NCBI GenBank assembly: GCA_964016885.1
Contig: OZ024743.1
Coordinates: 217,186,001-217,250,000 of the forward strand
Direction: 5' to 3'
DNA from: Eledone cirrhosa
Lineage: Eukaryota
Length of the DNA: 64,000 nucleotides
Positions within the stretch are counted from its first letter, which is position 1, and each line of letters opens with the position of its first letter. The notes beneath the pieces are model-generated. The model ran no database searches and was not told where the DNA came from. It saw nothing but the letters and a program-made list of their open reading frames with translations. Of the stretch, positions 29,834 through 45,169 are shown piece by piece. A program made the position numbers and the translations under genes.

Positions 29834-31053
29834 TTCATCCACCTATCCCCTCATATCATCCTTCTACTACAACTACACTAGACAAAATATCGGATACAAT
29901 TCCTATTCACTGCATTGCTCATAATCCGAAATACAGCTGAATATTCTACTGATTACGCCAAAAAGATCATTCTGAAATAGTTAAATAAAAAAAAGAAAAT
30001 ATGTGTGAAAGGTATAAAAATGAGAATAACTGCTCATGGCGAATGTTTTTCTTTGAAACTCGTTCAAGTGTTTTACTAGTATAATATACATCGACTATTG
30101 AATATATACTATACTCATTATAAGAATGTATATGCGTGCAAGTGTGCAAGTGTGCAAATGTGTTTGTAAAATACTAATTGTACGAAATATTTCAGCAGAT
30201 ATAGTTCTGAGATTTACTAATGATCTAATTCCAATTAGTTTTAGATATCGAAAACCATATCACATTTTAAAAGCACGATATGAATATTCTGAATGTATTC
30301 TAAACATTTCTTATTAAATATAAATCTCAATGATTTTATAATTAGAATGATAATCCCGATCCTGTGAAATATGTAAAAATTGTTTTTGTTGCTTATGTTC
30401 ATGAGTATTGCACATATATTTGTTGTATTTGTAGCCGTAACACAAAGTGTGTTCCTATGATTTTATCAACTTTTGTAAAACCCTTTAGTTTCTTTCTTAA
30501 AGCTCTACACTCTGATGGTGAATATTTCACACTATTCAAGAGACAGGTTTTCAGTTGACATTAAAATGCCCTATGATATTGAACTGTTGTAGAATGTACT
30601 ATACAGCAAACAATTAAATAATATAGTGAAAAACTATTGAGCTGCTGTCTTTGTTTATGTATCAGAATGAGCCAAATAAATTATTGTTTTCTTTTTAGAT
30701 GAATATTTATGAAAGTGCGTATGAGAGTTTCTTTCAGCTTGGTTATACATACATCGACATAGATGATCAAATACTCAATCATATGCACATTATCACTGAT
30801 ATACTCCCCATATATATATATACTTGTATATATGTGTGTGTGTGTGTGTGTGTCAGTAAATGCTGTCCTTCATCAAAACACTTGATTTCACGTTTATTCA
30901 GTTAACACAGCTAGAAAAAAGTTCAAGCCTTGCTCCCCACTGTATTTCGCTGCATATGCCTAACCACTCTGTTACGGATACCGAGTCTGTGGAATGCTCG
31001 GCCAAATCTAAGTTAAGTTTCACGCACAAACAATTAGAATGCGCCTCGATCAA

Positions 31054-31235
<182 letters not shown>

Positions 31236-32457
31236 GCACACTCATATACATATACAACACATACACGTACACATACATTTGTAGACCATTTTCACTCTCT
31301 CTTTATATAGCTAACACTCATCTATCAAAAGTCTAACACTAATTCCTCAGCAAATCATAACCACCGTTTCAATACGGATGTGTTCTAGCAACGTAATACT
31401 TTCACCCTACAATACCGATGTTTACCGTAGATTTCAATTGATCATTTTGATTCTAATTAGCTCCCCGCTATGAAATACAATTATTTCACTTTGAATCAGA
31501 AGTTTTACATCTGCTCTCCGTCATCTTACATCTACAGCGTTTCCATCCCTCCTTTCAGAATAGATTTCCATCTCACTGACGTTCTGGTAATTTTCAATGT
31601 TATATGCTTTGTCAATCGAAAATGTTAGGTTCAGGTTCAACTCAAAACTTCTAACTTCCATCAACCATGCTAGCAGATTATTAAAAGTGCAGCAAATGTA
31701 ATTACAATATCCAATTAAAAAATTATTGGATCTTATGCAGATGGCATACGATGAGCGAATGTGTGTCACCTTTATTAAAGCCCTTACTTTAAACACAGCT
31801 CACTTAATCTCATCGTCATCTTCATCGTCATATTCATCATTGACATCTTCATATTCATCATCATCATCATAGTCATCATCATTACCATCTTCGTCGTTGT
31901 TACTAGCCGCCGCAGCACCACAACCAGCAATATATCCTCAACATCATCATTAATCATCACCATGTATCTCGCCCTGAAAATGTACAGACATTTATAGTCA
32001 TTTGCCTTACCAACGTATGTATAAATTCACGCATTCCATCCTTCCTGAATGTATGTTTCTAACTTTATTTAGATGTACGTGTGTGTTTGTAAATGTCTGT
32101 GTATGTCTGTGATGTGTGCATCTGCGTAAATATGCTTTGAACTGAGATACATATGAATATCCACTTACTTTAACATGTCTAAAACCACTGCCTATTCATT
32201 TTATGAACATTGTGTGGCAGAAATGGCTAGTGCCTGCGGCCTGCGTAGAGGTTATTTATAAGCAGAAGTACAAGACACACGTAATCTTGTAGAGTCATAT
32301 AGGGAATAATTAGAGTATATAATATGTTCATAAATATAACGTTTTTATATCTTGCAAGAATGATGCTTTGTGCACATGAAATAGAAACGTGTAGATGATA
32401 ATGTGTGTGGTTGTGTATGTGTGTGTGTGTCTGTATCTGTGTTATTATTACATATAT

Positions 32458-32669
32458 GGTCGGTGGATTGGCAGTATAAGGGCGGTGGATTGGCAGTATC
32501 GGCAGAGAGTCGGACGCCATGCTTTCCAGCATAGTTACGTCCCTTTACGATCTGAGTTCAAATCCCGCCGAGGTTGACTTTGCCTTTCATCCTTACGGGG
32601 TCGATAAAATAAAGTACCAGTAATGCACTGGGTAATTGATGGCCTTGTGCCTAAAGTAGAAACATTTAT
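32458..32669 (+). mobile_element. Full-length SINE with a duplicated 5' end
   Basis: GGCGGTGGATTGGCAGTAT head (duplicated), B-box-like GAGTTCAAATCCC, body GTCGATAAAATAAAGTACCAG, tail GGCCTTGTGCCTAAAGTAGAAAC. Confidence 0.88.
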
Positions 32670-33653
32670 TACATATATGGTCATATCTAAGGGTTTCACA
32701 AGTCCGCTGTTTACAACATTCGTTTCAGCAGGAGGTTGGCTATACAAACTCATTAGTTGTGATTTTGTAAACCTAGTTACCAGAAACGAGCATAAAAATA
32801 GAATTACACACAAGCATATTATTTAGAAATAGGCCTAGTTGTTAGACAGATGAAAAGCCAATAAATTCCCCGGAACATTTCTTGCTTTATAATTTTATTT
32901 TTATTATTGTTGTTTTATATTGGATAGATAGTATACGGACCTTGTCCTTATCAAACAGCGTGGTGCGTTGAATAACACGTGCATTATTCGACTACCAAAA
33001 TAATGTGTGTATATCAGGACAGTATAGCACGTTCTTAGAGACTCTAGAAATAGCATCCATTATACCAATCTATCAACTCAGCAATTAAGGAGGAGCAAAT
33101 TTCGATCAGAAATGTATTTGTCACTAATATACTGGGATATCTCAATGAAAGGAATCAGAGAAGAATTTTTAAAAAAGTTTAATTAATCCCGAAACTTGCA
33201 TTGGGTTGAAAACAATCTAGATACAAACTAGAATATTGCAAAGTTTCGCTTGTATCATCTCCCTAACTCAAGGTTAGGGAACTAAGAAACAATATTAATT
33301 ATCACAATAAATGAAGACAGATAATATTTGAAGAAACTGCGTCATCAGTGAGATTATTTCGAAATAGAAAAAAATTATTCAGTACAGAGTATATAGACCT
33401 TAACCTTCTCAAAGAATCCCTCTGATGACGGAATGTTTTCCAATTATGAATATGAATGAGTTTGTTTTTATCTTGTAGTTGGACGCTTATGAGCAAGCTC
33501 CATAATTTTACGAACAATTACAATTTAATTCGTAATAACTCTGACACCAAGAATTTGTATTTCTTGTGAAGGCATTTATCTTACTAATAATCGTCATTTT
33601 ACCATCTTCCTTGTCTGTCTTTCTCTTTCTGTATCTCTCTCCTCCCTCATGCT

Positions 33654-33733
<80 letters not shown>

Positions 33734-34003
33734 TATAAAATCGTCGAATCTTTTCACAACAACTAACTTGATGACTTTACCGAATAATTTTCGTTAATTA
33801 ACATGTTGCTCATCTTAATGTAATCAGAATCTTCAGAACTAATTTACAATGCCATTTTCACGTACAGTATCGTACCACAGAATAACAGATATAACGAAAC
33901 ATGGATATACAAAGATACATACCAGATTAAACACGCATATAGGATAGTTCATGAACAGATATACATGTCTGCGTGTTTCTTATTGTGTATTTTCATTATT
34001 TCT

Positions 34004-34194
34004 AGGGCGGTGGATTGGCAGTATCGGTAGAGAGTCGGACGCCATGCTTTGACGCATAGAGTTACGACCCTTGCCATTCTGAGTTCAAATCCGGCCGAGG
34101 TTAACTTTGCCTTTCATCCTTATGAGGTCGATAAAATAAAATACCAGTAATACACTGGATAATTTCTGGCCTTGTGCCAAAAGTAGGAACAATT
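34004..34194 (+). mobile_element. Full-length SINE
   Basis: Colinear with the 32.5-kb copy over its full length. Confidence 0.88.
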
Positions 34195-35518
34195 ATTTTT
34201 CAGACTGCATCTTATCGAAGTTTTCCTTATGCTTAACAAATAAAACCAATTTCCTATCAATATGTAGTCATAGTCATAATATATAAGTTGACGTCGTACT
34301 TTTCCATTGTAAGAGCTATCATGCTGTGAAGATAACCACGTTATACAAGTGTGCAGACAAACCAAAAAAGACTATTAAATGTACCCAGGTTAAGTTGATA
34401 TACTGTATGCATTGAGAATATTAATGTTTCCGCCGGCGAAGCTATCATATCTAATATATATAACAATTCATTATTATGCTGCTATTCACTGCTTACTTTC
34501 TATTAATTGTATAGTTGGTTTCTACGCAATAACATTGTCATAATAACTTTGACGATGTTATTGTAAATTTCAGACGAAAATTTAAAAAAAATCCTATAAA
34601 ATGTGTAATATTGATTTCTAGATTTGGAACAAATAATTTTAGCGATTATATGGCTGATTATATTTGCTCCAGGACAGCACATATTGGTATGCTACTGTTA
34701 ATCAACACTAGATCAGCTTTTATCCAGTACACATATTCATTTCAGCAATGACTATCCCATCTTCTAGAAGTATACAAGTTTACAATAACTTATGTATTTC
34801 TGTATTCATATCGGGAATATGTAATTTTAATAGAGTTAGGCTGCTGTTTATATGATGTGATCTATCACGTTGAGGATGCCAGACAAGTTAGAAAGTGCGG
34901 ACAAATCTTGTGAAACTGGAATGCAGTAAGACGATTTAAGAGGCATCCTTCTGTTGCGGGACGTCACCGCCCAAATAAAAAGCTAAATAATTGTTTCTTG
35001 CATTGGCAGATGACCATATATTTACATGAATAGAGATGAAGTAGACGCACAAAATATTGCATATATTTTATATTCAAATATAGAAATAAAGAAAGGCATT
35101 TTCAATAAGATTTTATAGCAGAATATATAGCAACAACATTCATTTTCGGTATACTACTCTATCCTGATATCCCCCATCTTAAATAAATCTAAAATGTAAT
35201 ATCCTTACTATTATTGCAAATTTATTTGCTTAACCCATGTACAGAAAAATCACATACGGGGAGGACCCATTTTGGCATACACACACGCACATACACACAG
35301 ACACTTACCTTTCTGTATTAACAGTATACATTTGAAATAATAAGTGTGCAGACTCATTAGAGTCCCTTCTGTCAGTTGTTAAGATCTGCTGCCCCTCGAA
35401 TTCAAACTTCAAAGATCAACTCCACTTTCTAAATCTGCATGATCAATAATTATCGATCACGCAGATATTTATTCTTATCGAGCCCTCTTTGGATTTTAGT
35501 CTTCGCATTTCTTCTTAT

Positions 35519-35553
<35 letters not shown>

Positions 35554-35557
<4 letters not shown>

Positions 35558-35944
35558 CTAGAAATTGATTGACATATATATATATATTTAAAATAAACAC
35601 ATGACACAATCACAGGGGGTAATTTGTAAAGTGTGTAATCACACACAGCTAGGTATGTAACTAATTAAAGTTTAACTAGATCTGTGCTGCAATTCTAAAA
35701 CTACTAACAACATGCTAGCGTCCCCCCATTGGCGTGAATAGGGTGGTCGACAGCTATAAATAGCAGCCAAGTCCTTTCAACCGATTTAGCTCTATAGATA
35801 AGGAGCCGTTTATATATCCGAAATAGATTTAATTAAATTAAATTAAAGGAGTCATGTCCGAGACTTGCGCCCTATCAACTGTAGAATAAGCTCAAAGATT
35901 CCACTGAATAGATCCGAGCATTTTATATCAACTAGAAATTGATT

Positions 35945-35978
<34 letters not shown>

Positions 35979-36261
35979 AAATAAACACATGAAACAATCG
36001 CAGGGGATGATTTGTAAAGTGTGTAATCACACACAGCTAGGTAGGTAACTAATTAAAGTTTAACTAGATCTTCAAATATTACCTTTTAAAAAATTACAAA
36101 TTATCCCCTGTGATTGTTTCATGTGTTTATTTTAAATATATATCTATGTGTTAATCAATTTCTAGTTGATATAAAATGCTCGGATATATTCAGTGGAATC
36201 TTTGAGCTTATTCTACAGTTGATATGGCGCATGTCTTAATTTAATTTAACTAACTTTATTT

Positions 36262-36270
<9 letters not shown>
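35554..36270. mobile_element. Tandem-plus-inverted repeat element between (TA)n tracts
   Basis: Direct repeat 35554-35683 / 35928-36071 (374-bp offset); inverted copy 36094-36270 of 35811-36017. Confidence 0.75.
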
Positions 36271-36316
<46 letters not shown>

Positions 36317-38029
36317 CGTCATGGCCCACCTGCCATAAGCAATGAGAGATAAAACAAAATCCCATGCACTATTTCATTACATCGTTTTTAAAAACAAACA
36401 TCAAATGTTTAGGATATTTTCACAATTCGTACCAAAACTATGGATTTGATGTGTAGTCTGCAGATTAATAGCGATTAAACATAAACATCGTCAGTGATAT
36501 AACAAGGGGCCTGCCTGAAATGCTTAAATATTTTCAACAAAATCAAATTCAGCAAAAACATTCACGTACCAAGTTTATGTTCCTTATCTATCTTTTCATT
36601 ATAACTTTATTGTTTTGATAAAATTACCGTAGACTTGTGTTCATTTATTGAAAAAGGTATGGCTTACAAACTTAACTATTCATCTAAGTCATTTTTGTAC
36701 TGGCAATTAACTTTTATTCAAGGAGTGTGAGTAATAGAAATAGCAGCTAATTCGGCTAAATGATTTCACTGTGCTCAGTTGCATCCTCGTTATTTTCAGT
36801 TAAATTTCAACTGTGGTCAATTTAATATTTCACTCTTTTTCATTATAACAAAAATATATATTCATCAATGATTATATAGCTCCCCGTTGGTATCTGTTTT
36901 GGACCAAGTTCAAATGAAAGAATTACTATTAAACATAGATTTCTGTGTATATGAGTAAGTCGCTAAAGCATTCCGATCCGGTTTCGCATAAAATGTATTA
37001 AGACGCATTCTCTTCTGTACATCAGAATCGTCTTTGTTAAACCATATATGTTACTTTATTACATTTTTTCATTTCCCATAAATATTATCACTCCTTCACA
37101 ACGAAAAGCAAATCGAACAAAGAAAAATGACGTAAACGATTAGAAGAATCAACAAAAACAATTAACTACTCAGTCTAAATATATATTTTCAATACTTTCT
37201 TTCCTGCTGCATATTATCGTTTTATAAGTTTCTAAATTTTAACTAATTATCTCTAGTTTGTAAGAGTGTTTAAATCAATAATGTTAATAAAAGCATGTTT
37301 TGGTTGTATAATAGACTCCATTACTGCAAAAATAAATAACATGTCTATTCGGTCATTTCTACATTTAACTATAGACGTTTATTAATTACGAAAAACAGCC
37401 GTCACTCACAATCGAAGATGACTTGGTAGAATGTAACGTGTTTTCGTTCGTACTTTTAGGAACCCACGTAGTTGCAAGCAGACACAGACAGAAATTATAC
37501 TAGTGGAAAACAAAGATGTTGAGCTTGCGAATGGAATCGTTTATTGCAATTTTGGATGAAAGGTTTAGCATTGATATCATGGATAAGTATTTATTTGTTG
37601 GACCAAATTTGATTGACGTTTAAGCGATTGGGTATTGTTCTGGCACTCGATTCGGTGTAGAATCATTCTGACAAAAAAAAGGGGGTTTCCTTGAATTATA
37701 GGTGTATTCCAATGATATATAGATAGATAGATGAGTGGATGGATGGATATATATCTATATACAGAGAGAGAAAGAGAGAGAGAGGAACAGAGAGTGTGTG
37801 TGTGTGTGAGAGAGAGAGGGAGAGAAAGATTCAACAAAATTAGATACGTAATTTAATTATAATTAATATAGAATATATATAAAATATAAGAGAACTCTAG
37901 AGCAAATATTTATTAAAATAACAGATTAAAGTGTAAGCAAAGAATCGTTGTTTTCACCCTTAACGGGATCTTCTGAATAAGTATATATATATATATATAT
38001 ACATATACATGTGTGCCTATGCAAATATG

Positions 38030-38070
<41 letters not shown>

Positions 38071-38118
38071 TCCTTTCTCATGTTAAAATTAAGATTATTT
38101 ATTGTAGTAAGCTGGTTT

Positions 38119-38340
38119 AATTGTTTCTTATATAGGCACAGGGCCAGCAATTTTGTTTCGGAGGGGAAAGTCGATTAAATCGACCACAGTGCGTGACTGG
38201 TACTTTATTTTATCGACCCCGTAAGGATGTAGGGCAAAGTTAACCTCGGCGAGATCCGAACACAGATCATAAAGGACCGTAACTCTATGCTGCAAAGCAT
38301 GGCGTCCGTCCCTCTACCGACACTGCCAATCCACCGCCCT
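38119..38340 (-). mobile_element. Full-length SINE (longer variant)
   Basis: Reverse complement of the family, ending CTGCCAATCCACCGCCCT; extra GGGGAAAGTCGATTAAATCGACC segment. Confidence 0.88.
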
Positions 38341-38482
38341 GGATATATATCTGTATATAAATAGGCTTTGTTTACAAATGGCTCGCGAATTTGAAAATTA
38401 GATAGTAACATGTGCTTTCGCCGTATTTGACTACACCGTATATGAATACTGTATGTGTGAGTATATATATATATATATAAAT

Positions 38483-38514
<32 letters not shown>

Positions 38515-38965
38515 GTTTGTGTGTGGGGGGGGCGCGTGCGTGCGTGCGTGCGTGCATGCGTGCGTGCGTATGTGTGTAGCTATGTATATGGAGGAATCCG
38601 TAGATGAAAAAGAGCTTCATTACTGTCATTAATCTTTCATACATTTAAAATGTAGGTTCAACCATTGGTTTCAAGGTCCAGCTATGGCCACCACTGTATA
38701 TTGGAAGAGGCACTTTCAAAATCACTATATTGTTGTCCCCGCACTCAAGGAACGATCAGTTTAGAAGTACCTTCTCCAATATACCCAGTAATCATTGGTC
38801 GTACATACTGTGGTCTATAGCATCTTGACCGCCTTCTCAGTTTGTATGGCCTTTATAATGTATGTTTATTACTCTAGTCTTTTCGACTTGACAGCATGAC
38901 TCGGAATTTGCGTTACGTTTCGCTTTTTCTACCCGCCGAAATTCTATTCTCGCTGAATTTATATT

Positions 38966-39026
<61 letters not shown>

Positions 39027-39339
39027 ACATATTTCCCTGTGAAGAATTGTGAAACAGATTTCAAAGAAATGCCAAGATGAAATGCATATATATCAAAGAC
39101 ATCGACACACTTACTCTACTTACTCACACTAGAGAGAAATCCTCTTTCGACTACAGATGTTACATATATAATTACTATTTGCTGCTTCTGTAAAGATTTG
39201 TGGTAAGACTTTCAAATAATATCTTTATAAAACAGGTAAACTTCAGAAATAATTTTTTAAGAAAATCTCTGGAAATTTGCTCTCAATATTTTATCGCTTT
39301 CTCTTCAGTCTCTTAGGTGGAATATCTTGAGAATGTAAT

Positions 39340-39760
39340 GTTTAACGAAATAATATGTCTCAGAACGCCTATAATGGCAGTTTCATGAAATTAGTGTATA
39401 TATGAAGGTCCTGAAGCGGCCATAAATTGTGAGCAGTAACGCAAGTGTATTATCGTCCACCATAATATCTTAAAGTAATTGTAATAGCCATGCAGAGAAA
39501 ATACAGTTTATCAAAAGATTTTGAAGTGGTTGTAAACGCTGTCTTGCGGAGCTAATATCCAGCATTAAGTCTAGAAAATATATAATGGCAGCTCTGAGAA
39601 ATTAGTGTCTACCGTAAGATCTTGCAACAGTTATAAACTTTGTGATGTAGAATAGCATTATGAACAGCTTTGAGACGATACAGCAGAGCTAATATCAACC
39701 ACGAGGTCTTGAATCTGTTAATAATGGTAGTCTTGGGGAATTAATGTCGACAATAAGTAG
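39340..39760. repeat. Ancient degenerate tandem repeat
   Basis: ATAATGG(C/T)AG......(A/G)AATTA(G/A)TGT recurs at 39371, 39582 and 39721. Confidence 0.5.
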
Positions 39761-41035
39761 TCATATCAGCTTTTCCGTTCAGGATAAAGCGTTGAAATAG
39801 CAATAATTATTGAGTTGGAAATCTATTGAAAAGAAATGCAAAAGAGACATTTCAGTCATTAATTACGTCCAGAAAATAAATATCTTTTTATACATTGTTT
39901 ATAACTTATTTTATCATCCATTCAGTTGAGGCAAGGAGGCAAATACACTTTTTCCTAACCAAAGCATAATATATTCACTGGTTATTTTTATCTTCAAATG
40001 GAGCATAATTCGAAATTTTGCTTCATTTGTAATTCATTGTTTGAATTTCAGAGTTTGTAAACAATTCAGTTTATTTAATTATTTCTATGCTGCAATTCAT
40101 TATTCATTTCTCTGGAAGTATTCGCGACAAAAGTAGAAGCAAATGCATATCGCATTACTTCTATTATTTTTCCCGTTGTCCCCCATTTAATTGGGGTTCG
40201 ATCGTGAAGAGAGCGAATATATATATATGCCCCACCATATATATATATATATATATGGGGGGGGGGTATGTATGTGTGTATGCGTATGTGTGTGTATGTG
40301 TGTGTGTATGTGTGTTGCTTCTTTTACTTCAGATAATATATACCATTACTGAGATTGTAATATTGTTTTATCATTTCATCTGCTTTTGAAAACCCTCATT
40401 ATAACTGCGATTTCGGATATCCCATTGCATAATGGAACTAAGCTGTAGTCAATTACATTAGGGTTTCAACCCGAAAATGAAAGTCAAAGTTAACCTCAGG
40501 AATAGTAAAGCACAAGGAGCCGGAACAAATACCTAACTCGAGTTGCAGCCATCATATTTATATATATATTGATACACACACACACACACACACACACACG
40601 CGCGCACACATAGAAATATATATAAATATATATTTGTATATTCAAAGAACATTAGCAGATTAGTCACGGAAGTAGTCACTAATTATATTGCAATCAAATG
40701 TTTTCTTATCTATGTATGAATCAATGCCACCTCCTATTGTACACGGGCATGACAGGAATAGTAACCTCACGTTCCTTCGAATATATCGTAATATCTTCTT
40801 TATGTAAATAACTTGGAGCTAACGAGTGAGACCTTTACCTTTTACCGAGACGTAAAGGAAATATCAATCAAATTTCCCTGAAAACAAACACACAGAACTC
40901 GCATACTACAAAGAAGAGCATCGACAGAAAAGTACTATTAAAGACGATCTGTTCCATATCCTGGGGATCTAAATCATGTCAGAAACATTTGCTAGACAAA
41001 ATTGTTCAATTTCAATTATAACTTTGAAGACAAGA

Positions 41036-41160
41036 TTTGAATTTAAAAGGATTCAATTTCCTGTTTAATTCAAGATGCCATGGCTACCGATTCATCTCAT
41101 TCGACACCTGGTTGATCTTCACTATTTATTTGTTCAGATTTATGTTGCTAGATCATCAGC
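41036..41160 (+). pseudogene. Old Helitron/PIF1 helicase C-terminal relic
   Basis: Translates FEFKRIQFPV ... AMAT ... QIYVARS, matching the order of Helitron motifs FKRLQFPV..AMTINK..QLYVACSR; stops and deletions present. Confidence 0.45.
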
Positions 41161-41517
41161 TTCAAACCATGAGGATATTAATCATATCACCATAACATGT
41201 AAGTGTAGTACATCCTGCAGTTTTAGACGGAACAAGTGACCGAGGAGGCTTTGCTATTTGTACATTCTCTGCACATTCGAGAAGCTGAAACAATTTTCAC
41301 TATTCTTAGAAGATCATATCAAGGGAAAACGTATTAAAAATACATGAAATAAAATATTCACACACTGCAGGAGACATTGGAAAATTACAGGCACCACCTG
41401 TCGATAGTAATATAATGCCTGTGATGCAGGGTCTGAATATTTTGCAGCCATTCTCCCTTTATTTCCCACTCTCGGTAACATATCTCTCACTGTCAGTCTA
41501 TCTGCCCCCTCTCTCGC

Positions 41518-41577
<60 letters not shown>

Positions 41578-41598
41578 TGCACATACGTATATATATAT

Positions 41599-41703
<105 letters not shown>

Positions 41704-42015
41704 TACATTTAGATGTACACACATATATACACGGATTGGGACTGGATGTCAGACACGCTAAATGAAATTCCTATCGTCTGATGATAAGGAATTTAATTGA
41801 GAGGAAGTCCCTCGATAACCATATTCGATAGGCGTGGGTTCGTGCTATTTGGCAGATCATGAATTATACATTATGGTGAACTTAAATATATTAAGTAATG
41901 CAGATGCAAGCACACATGAAGCCGCACATATAGACAGCCACTAATACATACCATACCACACCCATGCACTCACGCACTCACATACAAACACACACACCCA
42001 CGCACACACACACAC

Positions 42016-42071
<56 letters not shown>

Positions 42072-42072
<1 letters not shown>

Positions 42073-42254
42073 ACGAAGGAAATGTGGCAAGGAACCAGAT
42101 GGACCATAACGCACCAGAGTACGCAATACTTAGGGTAGTAGAGTGGGTAATAGGAAAAAGTATGACCCCTACGGCAGAGCTCAAGCCGTTTCGAGTCCAG
42201 AAATAGCCGTCGAAACGGCTTGACCTCTGCCGCCGGGGTCATACTTTTTCCTAT
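42072..42254 (-). mobile_element. Foldback-plus-tail element, family F, copy 2
   Basis: Tail 42072-42149; arms 42150-42194 / 42210-42254; TA flanks. Confidence 0.8.
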
Positions 42255-44144
42255 ATACATATATATATATATATATATGAGATGTTACTGTTCACTTAAA
42301 ATGTTTAGATCCTATCCATATGTTAGCTCTATTTTGTATATGTGCTATTTCGCTTCATTTTTTTATATCTGCGTGTTCGGACATATATTTCTTCTAGCCA
42401 CATATACTTTAACTTTCCAACCAAATATAAATGATATGTCTTGTATATATCTTGCAAAAATACTTCATGTATCCATATAATCGTCACTGGGTAATTTTTA
42501 TTATATTAAAACACGTTCTTGCAAATACGCTCATGCACAACGGAAGTGTGCAGGTATGCATTTGTATTGGGACTCTGTATTTATAAAGAGTACATATACG
42601 AATTATACAAGTTCGATGAATGTGTTTTCTTAATCAAATGTTTTCAATTCATTCGATTCATTCCCCGAAAAGGGTTTTAAACCTGTTTACATTCCTGCAA
42701 ACTCCATAAGAAGATGAGCATCGGTAGTCTTTCATTGGGTGTTCGTTACGTATATGTCAAAATGTTTCTAGTTAAGAGTATGTATTTGTGCAAAGCTGTT
42801 TTCGTTGAATGCAAATAATGCAACTGCAATAGCTGCCATACGTTTGTATTTCTTCTTATAATTAAGATTATATGTCCATTATTTTATCTTCTGTTCAACG
42901 AATTTTCCTGGCTCCTTCGATGCAGCTATGAATATTTATTGTATATAAACACAAACATAAATACATGTATACGAATACTTACACGTGTGTGTATGTGTGT
43001 GTGTGTGTTCGTGTGTGCGTGCGAATGTGTGTGTGTGTATCTATATATATATAAATGTACATGAATATGTATATTATATGTATATTCTTGCTTCAAATCA
43101 ATTTTAAATAACGCTCACTTCTTTGCATTTCGTTTCTTAAAGTTTCTAAATAAAAAAAATGGCTGAAATCCTTCTTTATAATTGTTTCTAGGTTTGGCAC
43201 AAGACCAGCAATGTAACGAATTCTGTAACATGCTACATGTGAAGATTGTACTAGCACCTCACTCAAATCTCCGTCATTTCATAGAAGCATAAGATTCTTA
43301 CAATTAAGTTGAGCTGATTCTGTGTATGTGATAGATGAAATATTATCAGATGGCTAGTAATATACTTATGTATCATTGAAGCTTAAAGATGTAGGGTGAT
43401 TTTGGTGCTTAAAACCCACAAAGAATCTCCCAAACGTCTCACATTCTATACATATTACCTTATTTAATTCTGTAATTCTGTTTTTTGTATGGGTAATCTA
43501 ACTACCATTGTAACCGATAGACCACCCAGCCGAAAATAAATGCAACACATGCAAAACATCAGTTTTTTCAGAAAAGAGAAAACAAATGGTTGTCAAAACA
43601 TCAGCCTTGATATTTTTCGTTTTGATAAAACTTACTAAAATATTTTGCCTCGCACACTTAATATGTTTTACTTACAAGCTAAACATGCCTATCCCTTCGC
43701 ACACTGACAATACACTTACTGAGGTACACTAAGCCAGTAATTCCTCAATTAAAAGTAACTGATTTCTGACTTATATATATATATGTTTCTGTAAGCTGTT
43801 GTATTTTCAACGAAAGAAGCATGATTTTAGCAAAAATTCAGGATGAACAGCTGTCGGAAACCTTCGTTAGCAAAATGACTTTTAACAGATATTTTCTTAC
43901 TTAGTTATTTTCATTCCCCCGTTCTTGTTTTCTTTATTTCTTTTTTCTGTCTCTCTTTCATTCTTATTTTCCTTTTACTTTGCATTTTGCTCCTATATTT
44001 TTCCTCTAAACCTTTTCTTTAATACTATTACGTTAGTAAAATGACTTTTTTCAAGATTTGTTTACCTCACTTCACGTAAAATATATATGTATATATATAT
44101 ATATATATAAGCACGCACGCACACACACACACACACACACACAC

Positions 44145-44229
<85 letters not shown>

Positions 44230-45052
44230 GCAATTTTTATTTATAAAACTTAACTTTCATTCCGTAGCCATAAGAATTTTTTTTTATATAATCTATGACA
44301 TTCTTCAAATGGCAATTCAAGAGAATTTTTTTTTCTATTCTTACAGGCATTATTGGTAAGGTGTCAGAATAAGTGATATATTAATCGAGTTTTATTTAAC
44401 GCAATATGTGGAAATTTCCCAAATGTAACCAATTTAAAATGATTTCTGTTTATGCAACAATATATGATATGTTGTACTTCAAGTATGTATATATCGAACT
44501 GGATTATAACCTTTCTATTAGTTTTTCTTTGTTAAATCGTTTACTATTTGCATTTTACAATACACAGACATGTATGCGTGTGGTTGAATGTACCTACTTC
44601 CAAACCCATACTGCTTACTTTCTCTAGATATAACATCTAAAACTCGTTCAAACGAAACTGCAAACTTAAGTGCACAATCTAATTCATATAAATATGCATC
44701 CGACTACCTTTCCACCATTATAATATACCCTCTTAGTAAGATAATTAGAAGTATATAGGAACATATTTAAGTTGTATATTATAACACGTTCTTAGAAAGA
44801 AATATTTCTAAGGAGTCATGTTAATCAAACACATAAAACGAACGTAACAAATTTGGAAATTGAAATTGAAATTGCATTTAGTATTATTTCCATAACTATT
44901 CAACCTGATGTTAAATATACCTAGAGATTTCTTAATGATGTTATAACTTTTTTACAGTAAACCTCAAAATCTATAAAGTCACCAGCAAACGTTAATATCA
45001 ACTGCAACCACGGATATCCTATGTGTGTTTATAATATTATATATAAAGCTCC

Positions 45053-45169
45053 CTGAGTTCCAATCTCGCCGAGGTTAACTCTGCCTTTCATACTTACGGG
45101 GTCGATAAAATAAAGTACCAGCAATACACCGGTTAATTGCTGGCCTTATGCCAAAAATAGAAACAATTA
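45053..45169 (+). mobile_element. 5'-truncated SINE
   Basis: CTGAGTTCCAATCTCGCCGAGGTTAAC..GGGGTCGATAAAATAAAGTACCAG..GGCCTTATGCC. Confidence 0.85.

Noticed and set aside
33335-33440. Divergent CTGATGACG motifs
   Set aside because: No matching GAAA or stem arrangement nearby.
41769-41833. Hammerhead-like CCTATCGT-CTGATGA...GATA...CGATAGG
   Set aside because: GAAA is mutated and the stems are out of register; at best a relic.
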